Below, piece by piece: positions 42,632 to 56,561 of a stretch of DNA of 64,000 nucleotides. The DNA comes from the human T2T-CHM13v2.0 reference genome, Homo sapiens. Numbering within the stretch: position 1 is the first letter of the stretch; each line of letters opens with the position of its first letter. Made by a program: the position numbers and the translations under genes. The DNA lies in NCBI RefSeq assembly GCF_009914755.1, contig NC_060932.1; one strand, given 5' to 3'. The notes beneath the pieces were generated by a model. It was given only the letters and a program-made list of their open reading frames with translations, made no database searches and was not told the origin of the DNA.

Positions 42632-44643
42632 TAGAGGGTGTATTTCTAAGAACCCCTAGAAACAAAAATTTGGAAATTGTGATGCAAAGAGATAGCCACC
42701 AAGTCTATGGATCTTAAAAACAAAACCAAAGAAAACAAAATAAAACAGAGATGGCATGGCAACCCAAGCTGCTGCAAGCAGTTGTGTATTAAACCCTAAA
42801 CACTGGTCAAATGAGGCTAAAATTCAGTCCCCATTCAAGCCACATCCCGAGGCTTCCTTACTTTGGATGAGGGACATTTTTCTGATCCATGCACCTGGAG
42901 AGCAACTTTTTATACTTCATCTGTCCAAATAGGGTGCTTTTATTTTTTTTCCCAATTTGTACAATGCCCTGGTGACAAAACTGTTCCTGGTGATCTGCAA
43001 GGTCTAGTCTAAATTAGCTTGCTGCTTCTTTGAAGCTGGTATCAATTATGTGATTCATAAATATGAGCTGATATTCTTGTTAATGGAAAACTTGAGACAA
43101 TCTGAAAAATCACTCTATGCTATAGGTCCTAAGCAGGAAAAGTGTTCAATGATAGAAGACAGCCAGAAAGAACAAAAACATCTGGTTAGAAGGACAGAAA
43201 TCAACAGCAGCATTAAAGCTGGTAAGGGCAAGAGAAAGAAGAATCAGTATGCACAGCACTAACAAATGAAGATGCTCACCTTTTGGGGTAAATGGGGATC
43301 TACCAAAGAAGGGAGGGCTTCTCACAGCTATAGGATTCCTTGTAAGGACCAGGAAGAGAACACAACATAGGTAAGAAACTGACAGCTTCCTGTAGGAGAG
43401 AGACCTAAGTGGCAGGGAAGAGCTGATGCTGATGTTCAGATTAATTTCCCCCACATTAGGATTGATTTAAAGAACTTGCTTTCCGAACACTATAACTTCT
43501 ATTGCTCATCAGCACTTTGTAGTCATATTGTACTACAATAGCTACCATCAAATTCTTTCTCCCTACCCAACACAGAAGCTCTTCATATAGTGTATCACAG
43601 ACATACACATTATCCCATATAATTTCTTGCAAGGGAACAAAGCTTCAATGTTCAATTATATGAGAATACCACCAATTACTGAGTTAACGGACAAATAAAA
43701 CTCAGAATTTTCATTCCAATGAACAGCTTTTGTTTTCCTAGAAGAAGATAAACAGTGTATATATAAATATGATATACTTGGGGAAATTGCCATTTTTTTT
43801 TTAACAAGAAGTTAACAGTATCTATTTATGTCCTGAATTTCTCTAAATGGTATCCTTTGTAAATTCGATGCAACTTCCTAAGACAGGGACTGAAGCTCAT
43901 CATTTCTTCTTGATACAAAAACATCTGGTTTCCACAGGAAGATCATAACGGCGCATCAGAAAAGAGAATGTCTCTGACTTCAGCCCACTTATTTGATCAA
44001 TCCTTCCTTCTGCCTACACTCAAGTACACTCTGGGCCACCTTAATCCTCACACTTTTCTTACAGATTTACAGTAATGAAATGCTAAAAAGCATGTGTCAA
44101 CACTCAACTCTTGGAAACTGTCCTCAGTTACTCATCTCAACCAAATCAGATTTGAGGAGTTGGCTCCGGAGATTAACAACATTTCCAGGAATAATCTGAA
44201 AACAACCCATTTGCTTTCTGGGGCTTTCTGGATAGTAAAAAAGTAGTTTAGAAATTCTAAAGAAAAAAAAAAGGCATGAAATTTAGGCCACAGCAAAAAT
44301 CACTCTTAGCAAACAATAGGAGGCTAATAAGAGGACCACTTGGCTGAGCAACTCTTTAAGGCCCTTCCACTCACCAGGAAACCATAAAATCACACCTGAA
44401 AAAGTTTATAAAATTTTTTCTATTTCAGATTATTCCCCTCCACATCAGGATTTAAAGAACTTGCTTTCATAACACATAATAAGACACATTACTATTTGGT
44501 GACTGATGACAATGACACATCAACCACTGTGTGGAGTGCAAATCAGACCCAATAGATTTAAAATATGTTACAAAAAGATAAGCAAAACTGATATTAATAA
44601 TAAAAACATTTGATTCTCTCAATTAATTTAAAATATTACTGCT

Positions 44644-44944
<301 letters not shown>

Positions 44945-45307
44945 TTACTGCTAAGGATCATGTTCAAAGAAAGACCAGAACCTTAGAATAAACTGATAAA
45001 AAATGACACCCAAAAACAGTCAACAGAACTCTACTCCTTATTTTAAATTACATTCTTCAAATTTCATGCTAGGTACACAGAAAAATATGTTGGACGGCAA
45101 ATCTATAGTCCTAATGAATGGCTATAATAGAACTACTTTAAAAACAATTGCTTCCAATTACTAGCCCATTGATTATATTATTCCCTTAGCCCTCTGAAAC
45201 CAATGAAGTTTGTTGACTGCTTTTTCCTTAAGTACATACATTATTTTTCTATACCAAGACAGAGGAAGTGGCTGATGAAAATCAGACTGGTTTGGTGGTA
45301 GTGGTGA

Positions 45308-45950
<643 letters not shown>

Positions 45951-46088
45951 ATGATGGAGTAAGAAGTAAAATTCAGCATGACAGAGTTGAAGCCCTGCGT
46001 TATGTTTTGGCATCATATGTCCAAACCACACAACTACACTATCTCAGGAATCAGTGTTGTTAATGCTGGGTTTACGACAGCAAGTTTT

Positions 46089-46558
46089 TGTTTGTTTGTT
46101 TTTGTTTTTTACTTTAAGTTCTGGGATACATGTGCAGAACATGCAGGTTCGTTACATAGATATACGTGTGCCATGGTGGTTTGCTGTACCTATCCGCCCG
46201 TCATCTAGGTTTTAAGCCCTGCATGTATTAGGTATTTGTCATAATGCTCTCCCTCCCCTTGCCACCACCTGCCCTGACAGGCCCCGGTGTGTGATGTTCC
46301 CCTCCCTGTGTCCATGTGTTCTCACTGTTGAACTCCCACTCATGAGTGAGAACATGTGGTGTTTGGTTTTCTGTTCCTGTGTTAGTTTGCTGAGGATGAT
46401 GGTTTCCAGCTTCATCCATGTCCCTGCAAAGGACATGAACTCATTCTTTTTTATGGCTGCATAGTATTCCATGGTGTATATGTGCCACATTTTCTTTATC
46501 CAGCCTATCATTGATGGACATTTGGGTTGGTTCCAAGTCTTTGCTATTGTAAATAGTG
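46089..46558 (-). mobile_element. 5'-truncated L1PA8-like 3' end
   Basis: 'tcatctaggttttaagccc' 3'UTR signature; TSD tacKacagcaagtttt. Confidence 0.92.
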
Positions 46559-46875
46559 TACTACAGCAAGTTTTAACTTTAATATGTCGACAATTTAATA
46601 TTCAACAAAGCAAGACTTGGCGTGCTGCATGGAAGATTAGTCAGCAGCACACTTAGGATGGAAAGTTATTGGAAAAGTTGGTAGTGGAAGACTGCTTGGC
46701 TAAAGTTTCAAGCCTTTTATTTACATTATGCAAGGGAGACACACAACTTGGGTATTTTTTTTTAAATCCTTTCTGAAAAGGCTTGGATAGAAACATTCAT
46801 TTCTGTAAAGTCCAATACTAAATTTAACCTCAGCTAAATTCACTTGTATATTTTTCCCAACCATATGGTAAGGAC

Positions 46876-47304
46876 TGTAAACCAAAATGCATGAGACACG
46901 TCTCAATCAATTTAGAAGTTTATCTTGCCAAGGTTAAGAACTTGTCTTGAAGAAAACAACATGACACCACAGGAACAGTCTGTGACCTGTGCCTTTCTCC
47001 AAAGATGATCTTGAGAGCTTCAATATTTAAAGGGGGAAAGTAGGCTGGAGGGGAGAGAAGGAGGGTAGGTAATCCACATGCTGCAAGAGAGAAGGAGCAG
47101 GGAGGGGACGAGTCAGTTACATATTCATCTTGAGCTCAGTAAATCAGCACTTCACACAAGATAGGGTGAACATAGAGTAGCTACATGTGGAGATATTTAA
47201 TCTTTATCTGTAGCTATATGCTAAGGAACAAAAGGAAAAGCAGTTTCTTGCATGACTCAGCTTTCAGCTTAATTTTTTCCGTTTGGCATAGTGACTCTTT
47301 CACA
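46876..47304 (-). mobile_element. MER4-family (MER4A-like) solo LTR
   Basis: 'tgtaaaccaaaa...gtctcaatcaatttagaagttta...gccaaggttaag'; TG...CA termini; perfect 4-bp TSD ggac. Confidence 0.85.
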
Positions 47305-47439
47305 GGACAGAGGGAAAATCCATTATCAGTGTGGGTTAATCTTATTGAACTTAACTTCAGGATACAGAATTTCAAATATCACATTAGTTACTTAGATATT
47401 TTATTTGTTTTATATAATTCAAAGTTCAACTCACCCATT

Positions 47440-48620
47440 CACACCCAATCCATGTAGAAATCCTATGAATTTTATCTTCAGAATATATCTAAAATCCAAT
47501 CACTTCTTACAGCCTCCAGTTACCATCCTGGTTAAGCCACCACTGTCTCTTACCTGGATCTGTACAATAGTCTCCCTCCCCGGAGCCCTGTTTCCACTCC
47601 TGCACCGCCTCCCATGAACCCCAGTTCCTCCTAATGGTAGCCAGACTTATCCCTTAAAAATCAGGGTCAGATCATGCCCCTCCTTGGCTGAGAACCCTCC
47701 AATGGCTCCCCATTTATTCAGAACAAAAGCCAAAGTCCTTGCCTCCAAAGTCGCATAGGATCTGGTCCGCCTCTATCCGATTTGCTCCCTCTCCTACTTC
47801 CTCTCTTCACTCTCACAGCTACCCCCAGCCTTGCTGGCCTTGAACATGCCAGGCATACCCCTGCATCCAGGCCTTTTTACTGGCTTCCTCATCTTCCTGC
47901 AGGGTTCTTCCTTCAGATACCCACATTGCTTGCTTCCTCACCCTTTTCAGTCTTTGTTCAAATGTCTTTCTCAGTGAAGCCAACCCTGACCACTCAATTT
48001 AAAATTGCAATGTTCCCCTCTCCCTCCTCATTCCCCATATTCTATTCTATATCAGCTACAGAATTATCATTCTAGCCAGGTGTGGTAGCTCATGCCTGTA
48101 ATCCCAGCACTTTGGGAGGCTGAGGCAGGTGGATCACTTGAGCTCAAGAGTCAAGACCAGCCTGGGAAACCTGGCAACCCCCCGTCTCTACAAAAAATTA
48201 AAAAATTAGCTGGGACTACAGGCATGGTGGTACGTGCCTTTAGTCCCAGCTACTCGGGAGGCTGAGGTAGGAGGATGACTTACTTTAGCCTAGGAAGTTG
48301 AGGCTGCAATGAGCTAAGATCACACCACTGCACTCCAGCCTGGGCGACAGAGTGAGAACCTATCTCAAAAAAACAAAACTAAACTAAACAGAATTATCTT
48401 TCTACAGCACTATAGTTCTATCATTCTGCAGGACTTATTATTTTCTTACAAACTGCATAATTATTTATTATGCTTATTGTCCAAGCTGCTCCACCAGAAT
48501 ATTCGCTCCATGAAGATAACAGGCATTTTTTTTTTTGCTTTGGATACTGATGTATCTCCAGGAGCTAGAAGAGCATCTGAAACAGCATGGGCACTCTTGT
48601 AGCATTATTACATAAATGGA
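47440..48620 (+). mobile_element. L2a fragment interrupted by AluJ
   Basis: 'cagatcatgcccctcc...aaccctccaatggctcccc...aaagccaaagtcctt' and L2 3'-end sequence after the Alu. Confidence 0.8.
48075..48387 (+). mobile_element. AluJ with an internal 8-nt insertion
   Basis: Full dimer; 17-bp TSD acagaattatcWttcta. Confidence 0.92.
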
Positions 48621-50139
48621 GTTTCAGGTGCAGATGCATGTTATATGGTGGGACCTACTCATAAAAGTCTAAGGAGGATAGATGCCAAGTTCCTAGGGCT
48701 GCAAAAGTGTGGGATCACAGAATCCCTCAGGCTAAAAGCACTTTCCTAAGCTACTGAGAAGGAAATAGTAAACTGGGGGAAATAGTAATTTGGGGGGAAG
48801 AAATAGGTTTAATATAAGCACAGAATGGTCAGCATCTCAATTCTTTCCTTATCAAAGTATTCAACTTTAGTGCATGGAGGACTTTGCCTCCAGGAATACA
48901 AGCCTTATTTTATAATAAAATTTATGGAGAAAATTGGGTTTATTTTATTTTTAAATTATGGGACTTTGAAACTTCCTTCTGCAAATACCACGAGGTTAAT
49001 ACAGGATAGACTTGTAGAGAGATTAAAAGGCAAATTTTCAGAAGCAAGACATGGTTAAAGTTACATAAATTTCAAAATCCTGGGAAATGACTATTCCATC
49101 CTCCAAGGTGAATTGTTAGGGGCAGACCATCGAGCTGCCTGGTCCCCAGGTATGCCCGAAACACTTCTTCCTTTCTATGGATCACAGGAAATCCAGTCCC
49201 CTACTCCCCCAATGAGTTTTAACATTTATAGTCAAGAACAATCATGATAATAAACACCAACTTTACTTCTTCCACATTTAGTTTATGGTGACTATTTTAT
49301 GCAGATGGAATTTGAGCCCCACCCAGTTATTTCTTTTCGAAGGAGGCCAAGCAGCTGTTCTACTGAAGAATAGCTGGACTACTGATGGTCTGCCCATTCT
49401 AATAGCTATGATGGCCACACAGGGCCCCCTGACTGCCACTGCCACAGCCAGAGCCGGGGACCCTGGACACAGAACAGAACATCTATCTTTGACTTTTCCC
49501 CACTGGAGTTTCTGCCAAGGGGTCCCACACTCTCCTCACCTGAACCCTACCCTAAACCTATCATACATCAACAGAAGGGTTGCTCTAAAGATCACCAACT
49601 TTTCCATACCCCCTACTAGAGCCGACCCTCATCTCCCCAGAGCCCACTCTCATCTTAGACTCTACTCTGAGCTCCCCATCCTCCCTGGCTCAAATCCCAG
49701 GCACAAACACACAGCAAGAGAGAGATTCGTGGGAACAGAAGCAGTATGCCGGAGCTCATCTTCTTCATGGGTTAAATAGTTCATTGCAGCTGGCCTGGGA
49801 ATCAACAGAAACTTTAAGACATAGTTTCTCTGACTAAACCACACATTTCAAAAACGCAGTTAGAACAGAACCTTTAGGCAAGTTGGAGAATATACTTCTG
49901 ATATGTATAAATAAAAGGCCAAATCAGTTCTCAAAAAATATATATTACACAATTTCTCTGGGCAGAAACAGGGCCAACTGAATCCTTTCTTTCAGGAATC
50001 TGATCTGAGAGACCTAGAAACTGATGTCAGTTAGTGGTGCTGGCTGGTGGTGATGAAGAAGCACAGACTGAGGCAGTGAGGGTGAGCAGGCCAGGCCACA
50101 TGCACACAAGAAAGCAGAGGAAACCAGGAAAGAGCAAGG

Positions 50140-50500
50140 GCAAGGAGGAGGAGGAAAAGGGGGGAGGAGGGGGAAGAGGAGGAAGAGAGCAGACCCTGGA
50201 GGAGGAGGAAGAGTTAGGGAGGGGGAGGAGGAGGAAAGAAGCAGAACCTGGAGGAGGAGGAGGAGGAGGGGAGCAGACACTGGAGGAGGAGGAAGAGGGG
50301 AGCAGACACTGGAGGAGGAGGAGGAGGAGGAGGAGGCCACCCGAGGTGGCAATGGAGGCAGCGGCAGGGAGCAGACCCTGGAGGAGAAAGGGGAAAGGAA
50401 CAGGAGGCAGAGTGGAGGAGGAAGAGGGGAGCAGACCCCAGTGGTGGCGGAGAAGGAGAAGGAAGAGGAGGAGGAGGAGAGCGGACCCTGGAGAGAAACA
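50140..50500 (+). repeat. Purine-rich degenerate minisatellite: core GAGCAGACMCTGGAGGAG separated by (GGA)n spacers, about 7 units
   Basis: Core seen near 50186, 50240, 50271, 50300, 50369, 50429 and 50479. Confidence 0.85.
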
Positions 50501-51199
50501 GAAACAGAGGGCAGGAGAGTCCTGGGACAGACCAGCAGTAGTGGGAGCTGCCTCTTCCCACAGAGCTCCAGGCTGAGTTTGCAGAGTTCCGGCCCAGAGG
50601 CCTGGCTTCGGCTGTCTCTGGGCTTTAAAGTCTTGATATCCTTTTTCATAATTGAAATTCCCACCCCACTCACTGCATTTTACCTTTCTTTTTTAAGATA
50701 TATGAGCTGGTTTCAACTTCTTTCAATAAAAATAACTGGACTAACTAACCTAACGCCTCTAATTCCTTTGGCAATAAGAACTAGAAACACAACTTTTCAA
50801 ATTCATCAGTGGTTGCCACAGTCTAACACAACATCTTTAAAGTTTCAGAGCAGATTAGAAGCAGATTTTAAGTAAAAAAGAATATTGATTGCTGAAGGTT
50901 CTTCCTTCAAATACATTTCATTTAAAATACAATTTATCATTCCTTTGGGCAGTAAACAGCAGGTGAAATTAAAAACTCAAGTTGAAAACTAATGAACTCA
51001 CATTTTAACTTGTATTGTGCTAATTCACAGATAGCCAATTATTTTTACTAGCTGCACAGATGACTAAATAAAATATGTTAATAAATGCAGCTAGAGTGTA
51101 TTCAAGAAATTAGGCAATACATATTAGAATAAATTTGCATATCTGCTTATCATAAACGTAATTCTTTATAATACAGGTCTTACTGGTATATAAGAGAGT

Positions 51200-51515
51200 A
51201 GATAGAAATGACTATAAGGGAGAAACGCTTCCTGCTTCAACACTGAGGCTTTCATAAGAAGGGAGATGGCTCAAAAGAAGAATTGCGTTAACCCCTGATA
51301 GATGACTGTAGGGGGACCTTAAGATAAAAAGACATGCTTGAGGGGTTCCAGCCTGCTCCTGATCCTTCCTGCCTGTCTTCCTGCCTGTGGGCTCTGGGCT
51401 GCTAAGCCAGCCATAATGAGAGAGAGAGAGAGAGAGTAAATGAATACATAAATACAACAGACACACACACATCTCCTGGTGGTTCTGCTCGTCTGTTAGA
51501 AGCATGACTTGAGAT
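51200..51515 (+). mobile_element. MLT2-like LTR fragment with GA/CA microsatellite
   Basis: MLT2-type end 'acacacatctcctggtggttctgctc...agaagcatgact'. Confidence 0.5.
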
Positions 51516-51784
51516 AAAGCATTTATTTATGCTTTAACCATCTCTCTCCCCTAGTGCTTCAGAAACTATTTAGAGGCAGAGAGCAAGTTTTGCTCAGTTT
51601 TGAATCCCAGGCACCTGCTATATTTTTACCTGGCACATACTGGGTGCTTCATAAATGTTTATTGAATTAATGTAATTAAGTAAAGATAATATGGCAATGA
51701 GGCCAGCCTGCAAGAGCTGAAAAAAAGATCTGTAAAATCAGGAGACAGAAGAGATTGCTACCCCATACTCACAATACTCTAAAG

Positions 51785-52021
51785 CAAGCTTGTCCAACCC
51801 ATGGCCTGCGGGCCGCATGAGGTCCAGGATGGCTTTGACTGTGGCCAACACAAATTCATAAACTTTCTTAAAACATGAAATTGTGTGCGTGTGTGTGTGT
51901 GTGCGCGTGTGTTTTTATTTTAGCTCATCAGCTATCGTCAATGTTAGTGTATTTTATGTGTGGCCCAAGACAATTCTTTTTCCAATGTGGCCCAGGGAAG
52001 CCAAAAGATTGGACACCCCCG
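51785..52021. mobile_element. MER30 hAT-Charlie MITE with internal (TG)n
   Basis: 'caagcttgtccaaccc...gccaaaagattggacaccccc'; perfect 8-bp TSD ctctaaag. Confidence 0.92.
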
Positions 52022-52489
52022 CTCTAAAGTATACAGAGGACAAAATGACAACAATAATAGTAGTAACAATCATAATAATAACAGTTCCAGTTACTAAGCC
52101 CTTACGAAGTATAAGACACTTCATTAAAAATTGCTTCATACATATTATTTCACTCCAATACGAGAAAATCCCCTGATCCTGCTCAACTATTGCTCCTCTG
52201 CTCTATTCCCCGTCAGTCAAGTTATCAATAGAGTCGTCTTCCCAGGCTGTCTTTACTTCCCTACCTCCTATGTACTCTTCTATTTATTGTAACTGATTTC
52301 CACTTCCATCAAAACAACAACAAAACCAAACCAAAAAACCATGCTTTCTCCAGGGTCACAAATGAGCCTATCACTAAGTTTAATAAACACTTTTCAATTT
52401 CCATTTTTAAACAGTACTAAACACAATTAGCTCCCTTGAAGCATCATATTTTCTCAGCTTTATAGTAGCTGTACCATTCCCAATTTCTA

Positions 52490-52955
52490 TCTGCAGACAG
52501 CAGACTTCCCTAGCTGGCTTAAACATAAAGAGGATTATTGATAGTTCCTCAATCTCCTAGAAGCCTGGAGAATCAGGCTGGGATGATCAACAAGACAACT
52601 GCACATAGCCAGGAGAGAAGTCCAACCACATCACAAGTCTGAGCTAGCAAGAATACCCCGCACTGCCTCCCACCACAAAGGGTCTGAAAGCTAGAACTTC
52701 CACCACAGATGCCTGGGTAGCACCAGGAACCTTTGCCACTGTGTTTGCCAAATCTCTTCTGCACATGGCAACGACCTCACTGTCTTCCTTGTGCTTCTTG
52801 TCACACGCATCATATGGATGCACAGTCTTGGAAGAAACCAAGTCACACACAGAATTCTAGCTACAGGGCATTCTAGGAAATTTAGGCCACAGCAGCACAG
52901 GAAAATAATACACGGCAGAGGTATTAAATGAGCCAAGCTACAGTATCTGCCACAC
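52490..52955 (-). mobile_element. Old MLT1-like LTR, with MIR and L2 fragments in 52050-52480
   Basis: 'ctagctggcttaaacataaagagg...' start and '...tatctgccaca' end on the + strand. Confidence 0.5.
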
Positions 52956-53360
52956 CACCATATGTTTCTGCATTTCTTTTTTTTTCCCTTTGCAGCCTCC
53001 TCTGTCTGCTACCCCCAACACATATTTTTCAATCTGTGTACTTCTCTCTATTTCTATTGCTATCATCATTTTTCACTTAGACTACTGCAATAACTTCTCA
53101 CTTTCACTCTTAACTTGTAAGAATCCACGTGTTATTGAGAGAATCAAATGAGAAAGATGTTGTAACTTTAATATGTCATATAAAAATATCACTGCTAATA
53201 GACTTGTTCTTAGTTATAAATATTAAATTTTTAAACATATCATTTAAGTAGATAGCTACCCCTCTGGCATGAACTCAAGGTGCCAGAGAGATCCCTAGCA
53301 GAGATACATATCAAATGACTAGGAACAATGCCAGAAATTCTATCAATAGGTTTAAGTCTC

Positions 53361-53674
53361 TTTTCTTTTTCTTCTTCTTTTTCTAGAGAAAGGGTCTCGC
53401 TCTGTTGCCCAGGCTGGAATGCAGTGGCATGATCATAGCTCACGGCAGCCTCAAACTCCTGGGCTCAAGATCGTCCTGCCTCAACCTCTCAAATACCTGG
53501 AATGACAGGCACATGCCACCACTCCTTGTTTAGTTTTTTAATTTTTTCATTTTTTCTAGCGATTGGGTCTCCCTTTGTCGCCCAGGTTGGTCTTGAGCTC
53601 CTGGGCTCAAATGATCCTCTTGCCTCTGCCTCCCAAAGTGTTAGGATCACAGGCATGAGCTACTGTGCCTGGCC
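53361..53674 (-). mobile_element. AluJ
   Basis: Full dimer with J-type 'atcatagctcac...aactcctgggctcaa'. Confidence 0.92.
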
Positions 53675-55505
53675 TAAATCATATTCATATCACTAACCCA
53701 GTATTCCTGGCTAAACTATAAATATCCCAGGAAAAGAGTCTTTGTTTGCTGCAAAACTGTATAAAGCTGGAATCAAATCCCAGCCCTGCCCCTTACTAGG
53801 TTGATCTGGAGAAGTTTTTAACCTCTCTGCACTTCAAGGTCCACCCCGAGTCCTCATCTATAAGATAGGGAGGACAGGTTAGCTAAAAGGAACAAATGGA
53901 AATACCTAGTAAAGTAACTGATAAATATGCAATGAACTGTATTTCTGGTAATACCTTTACTGAGAATTAGTCTGCAAGACTGATTAATATCCAATGTGAT
54001 GGTTAATGAAGAATGAAGCATTCTAGCAATCTGACATGGGCCCCCTGTGTAAAAGGGATCGCACACACAGAGAAAAAAGAAGTAATATTGGGAGAGAACA
54101 GGGCTTTGCTTAAACAGAACAGTATGGGCCACCAGCAGCAGTGAGAGACAGGTAAGGCCTCTGTGAGCCTTCAGTCGGCAGTGGGTCATAAGAAAATAGA
54201 AATAGTGATCAAACCAGGAAGAGAGAATGAAACCCATTCTCACTCTTTTAAAAGCTTCTGTTTGGAGTAAGCCCAATGGGGAGCCATCAGTGTCTCTGAC
54301 ATCCATATCATCCTATTATACTTCCTTAGCTCAAACCACACTCAAGAAAGCACAGGAAATCAGAACCACAGTGGAAGATGGATGAGAAGCTGGAAGAGGA
54401 AGTGTTCAGCAATGGCACACCATTCTTTGCCTTATTCTATGTCCCTGAGCTTGTTCAGCAACAGCAGCAATCTTTCTTAAACCAAAGGGATCCATGCTTG
54501 GATCTTCTTCACAGGGGACAAGCCTGCAAGCCAGATACCATTTCCCTGCTAACATCCTGCTTTCATCTTCAACTCAAGAGGTGAGTCAAAAGACAACTCT
54601 ACATTAGCTAAAATGTACCTACAGCTCTGTACCACTGCTAACGATGTAGAAGATATTATTTTCCACCAATATTTCTCATATATTTGGCCTATGGACTGAT
54701 TCAATGAACAATTTTGTAAATGCAAGAAATTTATTATTCATTTGTATTTTCTAAGAAGATGTCATTTAATTTAGTACTTTGAAAGACAGAATCTGTAGAC
54801 GGTGGGACTTTATATATAGTTTTACAGACTTCTTACACTTATATTCTCCTTACAAATACAACCATGTGGCCCTGACAGCCCTAGCACAAGAAATGAGACT
54901 TGGCTGGCAGCCAAACAGTACTTATCATAAGACCATATACAGGGCAAATTATTACTATGTGTTTATGAATGCCAAAGGTCACACATTCTGTTTTTTAAAA
55001 GTTGAAGTCTCTTGTTCATGTGTTAGCATCTGAAGGATATTCCACAACAAGAAGGTAAAATATGCAAAAGCCACAATTTACACTCTAGCTTCAAAAGGCA
55101 AATAAGTTGTTTACAGCCAGAAACATGTACATTCTTCCAGGGAAACAGCAGACAAGTGATAGACACTATATAAACACCTTCTGTATCTCTGTGTAACACA
55201 CAATTTTAAAGTATATGCTAATACATTAATTCCCAACTAAAACACCTCTTAATTTTCTTATTTAAAGATCATTTTCATGGCACTCTTCATAAAGGAGGTT
55301 GTATGAAAGACTTCAAAGAAGATAAAAATTGTAAAGCTTGAATATTTATTCCAGCCCACACATACACCAGTCTCCTTTTTTCCCCAGAGATAATAAGGAA
55401 CAAATATATTTTAGTAGACCTTTGAAAAGAGCATTCGCTTGAAAAGTCATCATGAATTCAACAAATATTTTTGCTACATATTGTAAGCACAAGGGAGAAC
55501 AGTGA

Positions 55506-55597
55506 AATATATATATATGTGTATGTATATATATGTGTATATATATGTGTATATATATATATATATATACACATACACACATGTATATGTGTGTGTC
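55506..55597. repeat. (TA)n/(TG)/(CA) compound microsatellite within an L2 fragment
   Basis: Seen directly. Confidence 0.9.
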
Positions 55598-55771
55598 ACT
55601 AAAAGTCTATGTTCATGGAGCTTACAATGCAGTGGAAAGAAGGGGCACAAATAAAAGAATCACACAAGTATAATATGAAAACCTCAACAAGTGCTCTGAT
55701 AGGCTCATGCAGACTATGGGCACACAAGAGAGGAGAAAAATCAGAGGTCTGGGAAAGCAATTCTGAGGAAA

Positions 55772-56135
55772 TGTCTTTGTCAGCTCAGACCACTACAACA
55801 GAATATCAGACTGGGTGGCTTATAAACAGAAATTTGTTTCTCACAGTTCTAAAGGCTGGGAAGTACAAGATCAAGGCACCAGCAGATTGGGTGTCTGGTA
55901 AAAACCTGATTCCTGTGGTTCACAGACAGCCATCTTCTCGCTATGGCCTCAGATGGTGGAAAGAGGGCTACCTAGCTCTCTGGCCTCTTCTTTTAAGCAC
56001 ACGAACCCCATTCATGAGAGTTTCACCCTCATGACCTAATCACCTCCCAAAGGTCCTACCTCCTAATACCATCACACTGGAGATTAGGTTTCAACATATG
56101 AATTCTTGAAGGACACAAACATTCCGTCTATAGTG
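55772..56135 (-). mobile_element. MLT1A-type solo LTR, sense to ZNF704
   Basis: 'agactgggtggcttataaacagaaatttgtttctcacagttct...atgacctaatcacctcccaaagg...ggacacaaacatt'. Confidence 0.85.
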
Positions 56136-56404
56136 CTTCCCTACCACAACAACCAGATAGGGCGGAGCAGGTGGCTTTACCATTACACTCTGGAAGTCAG
56201 GAATCCAACTAGGTGTTTAAAGATTTGAAGGCAGGAACCAAAAGCTATTTTTCTTATTTCATTTCATCTTGGAATGAAAATAGTTTTTAAATTTTAGAAA
56301 TCTACCTCCAAATTAAACATGCTATTAAAATTTTATGTAGAGACAATCAAAAGTTATAGTTTAAAAAATCTTTTTGAATGAGAAGCTTGAATTTTTTTTC
56401 TTCT

Positions 56405-56408
56405 CTTT

Positions 56409-56443
<35 letters not shown>

Positions 56444-56561
56444 TTGAGACAGGGTTTCGCTGTGTTGCCCAGGCCAGTCTTGAACTCATGGGCTCAAGCA
56501 ATCCTCCCACCTCGGCCTCCCAAAGTGCTGGTATTACAGGCATGAGTCACTGCACCCAGCC
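56405..56561 (-). mobile_element. Alu left monomer (FLAM-like) with (TTTA)n tail
   Basis: Single arm; tetranucleotide tail at about 56408-56445. Confidence 0.88.

Noticed and set aside
50186-50500. Repeat-spacer-like pattern resembling a CRISPR array
   Set aside because: Spacers are low-complexity (GGA)n of variable length, the context is eukaryotic, and there are no cas genes.
50014-50875. Overlapping 115-219 aa ORFs
   Set aside because: Stop-codon depletion in low-complexity GGA repeats; no domain similarity or exon structure.
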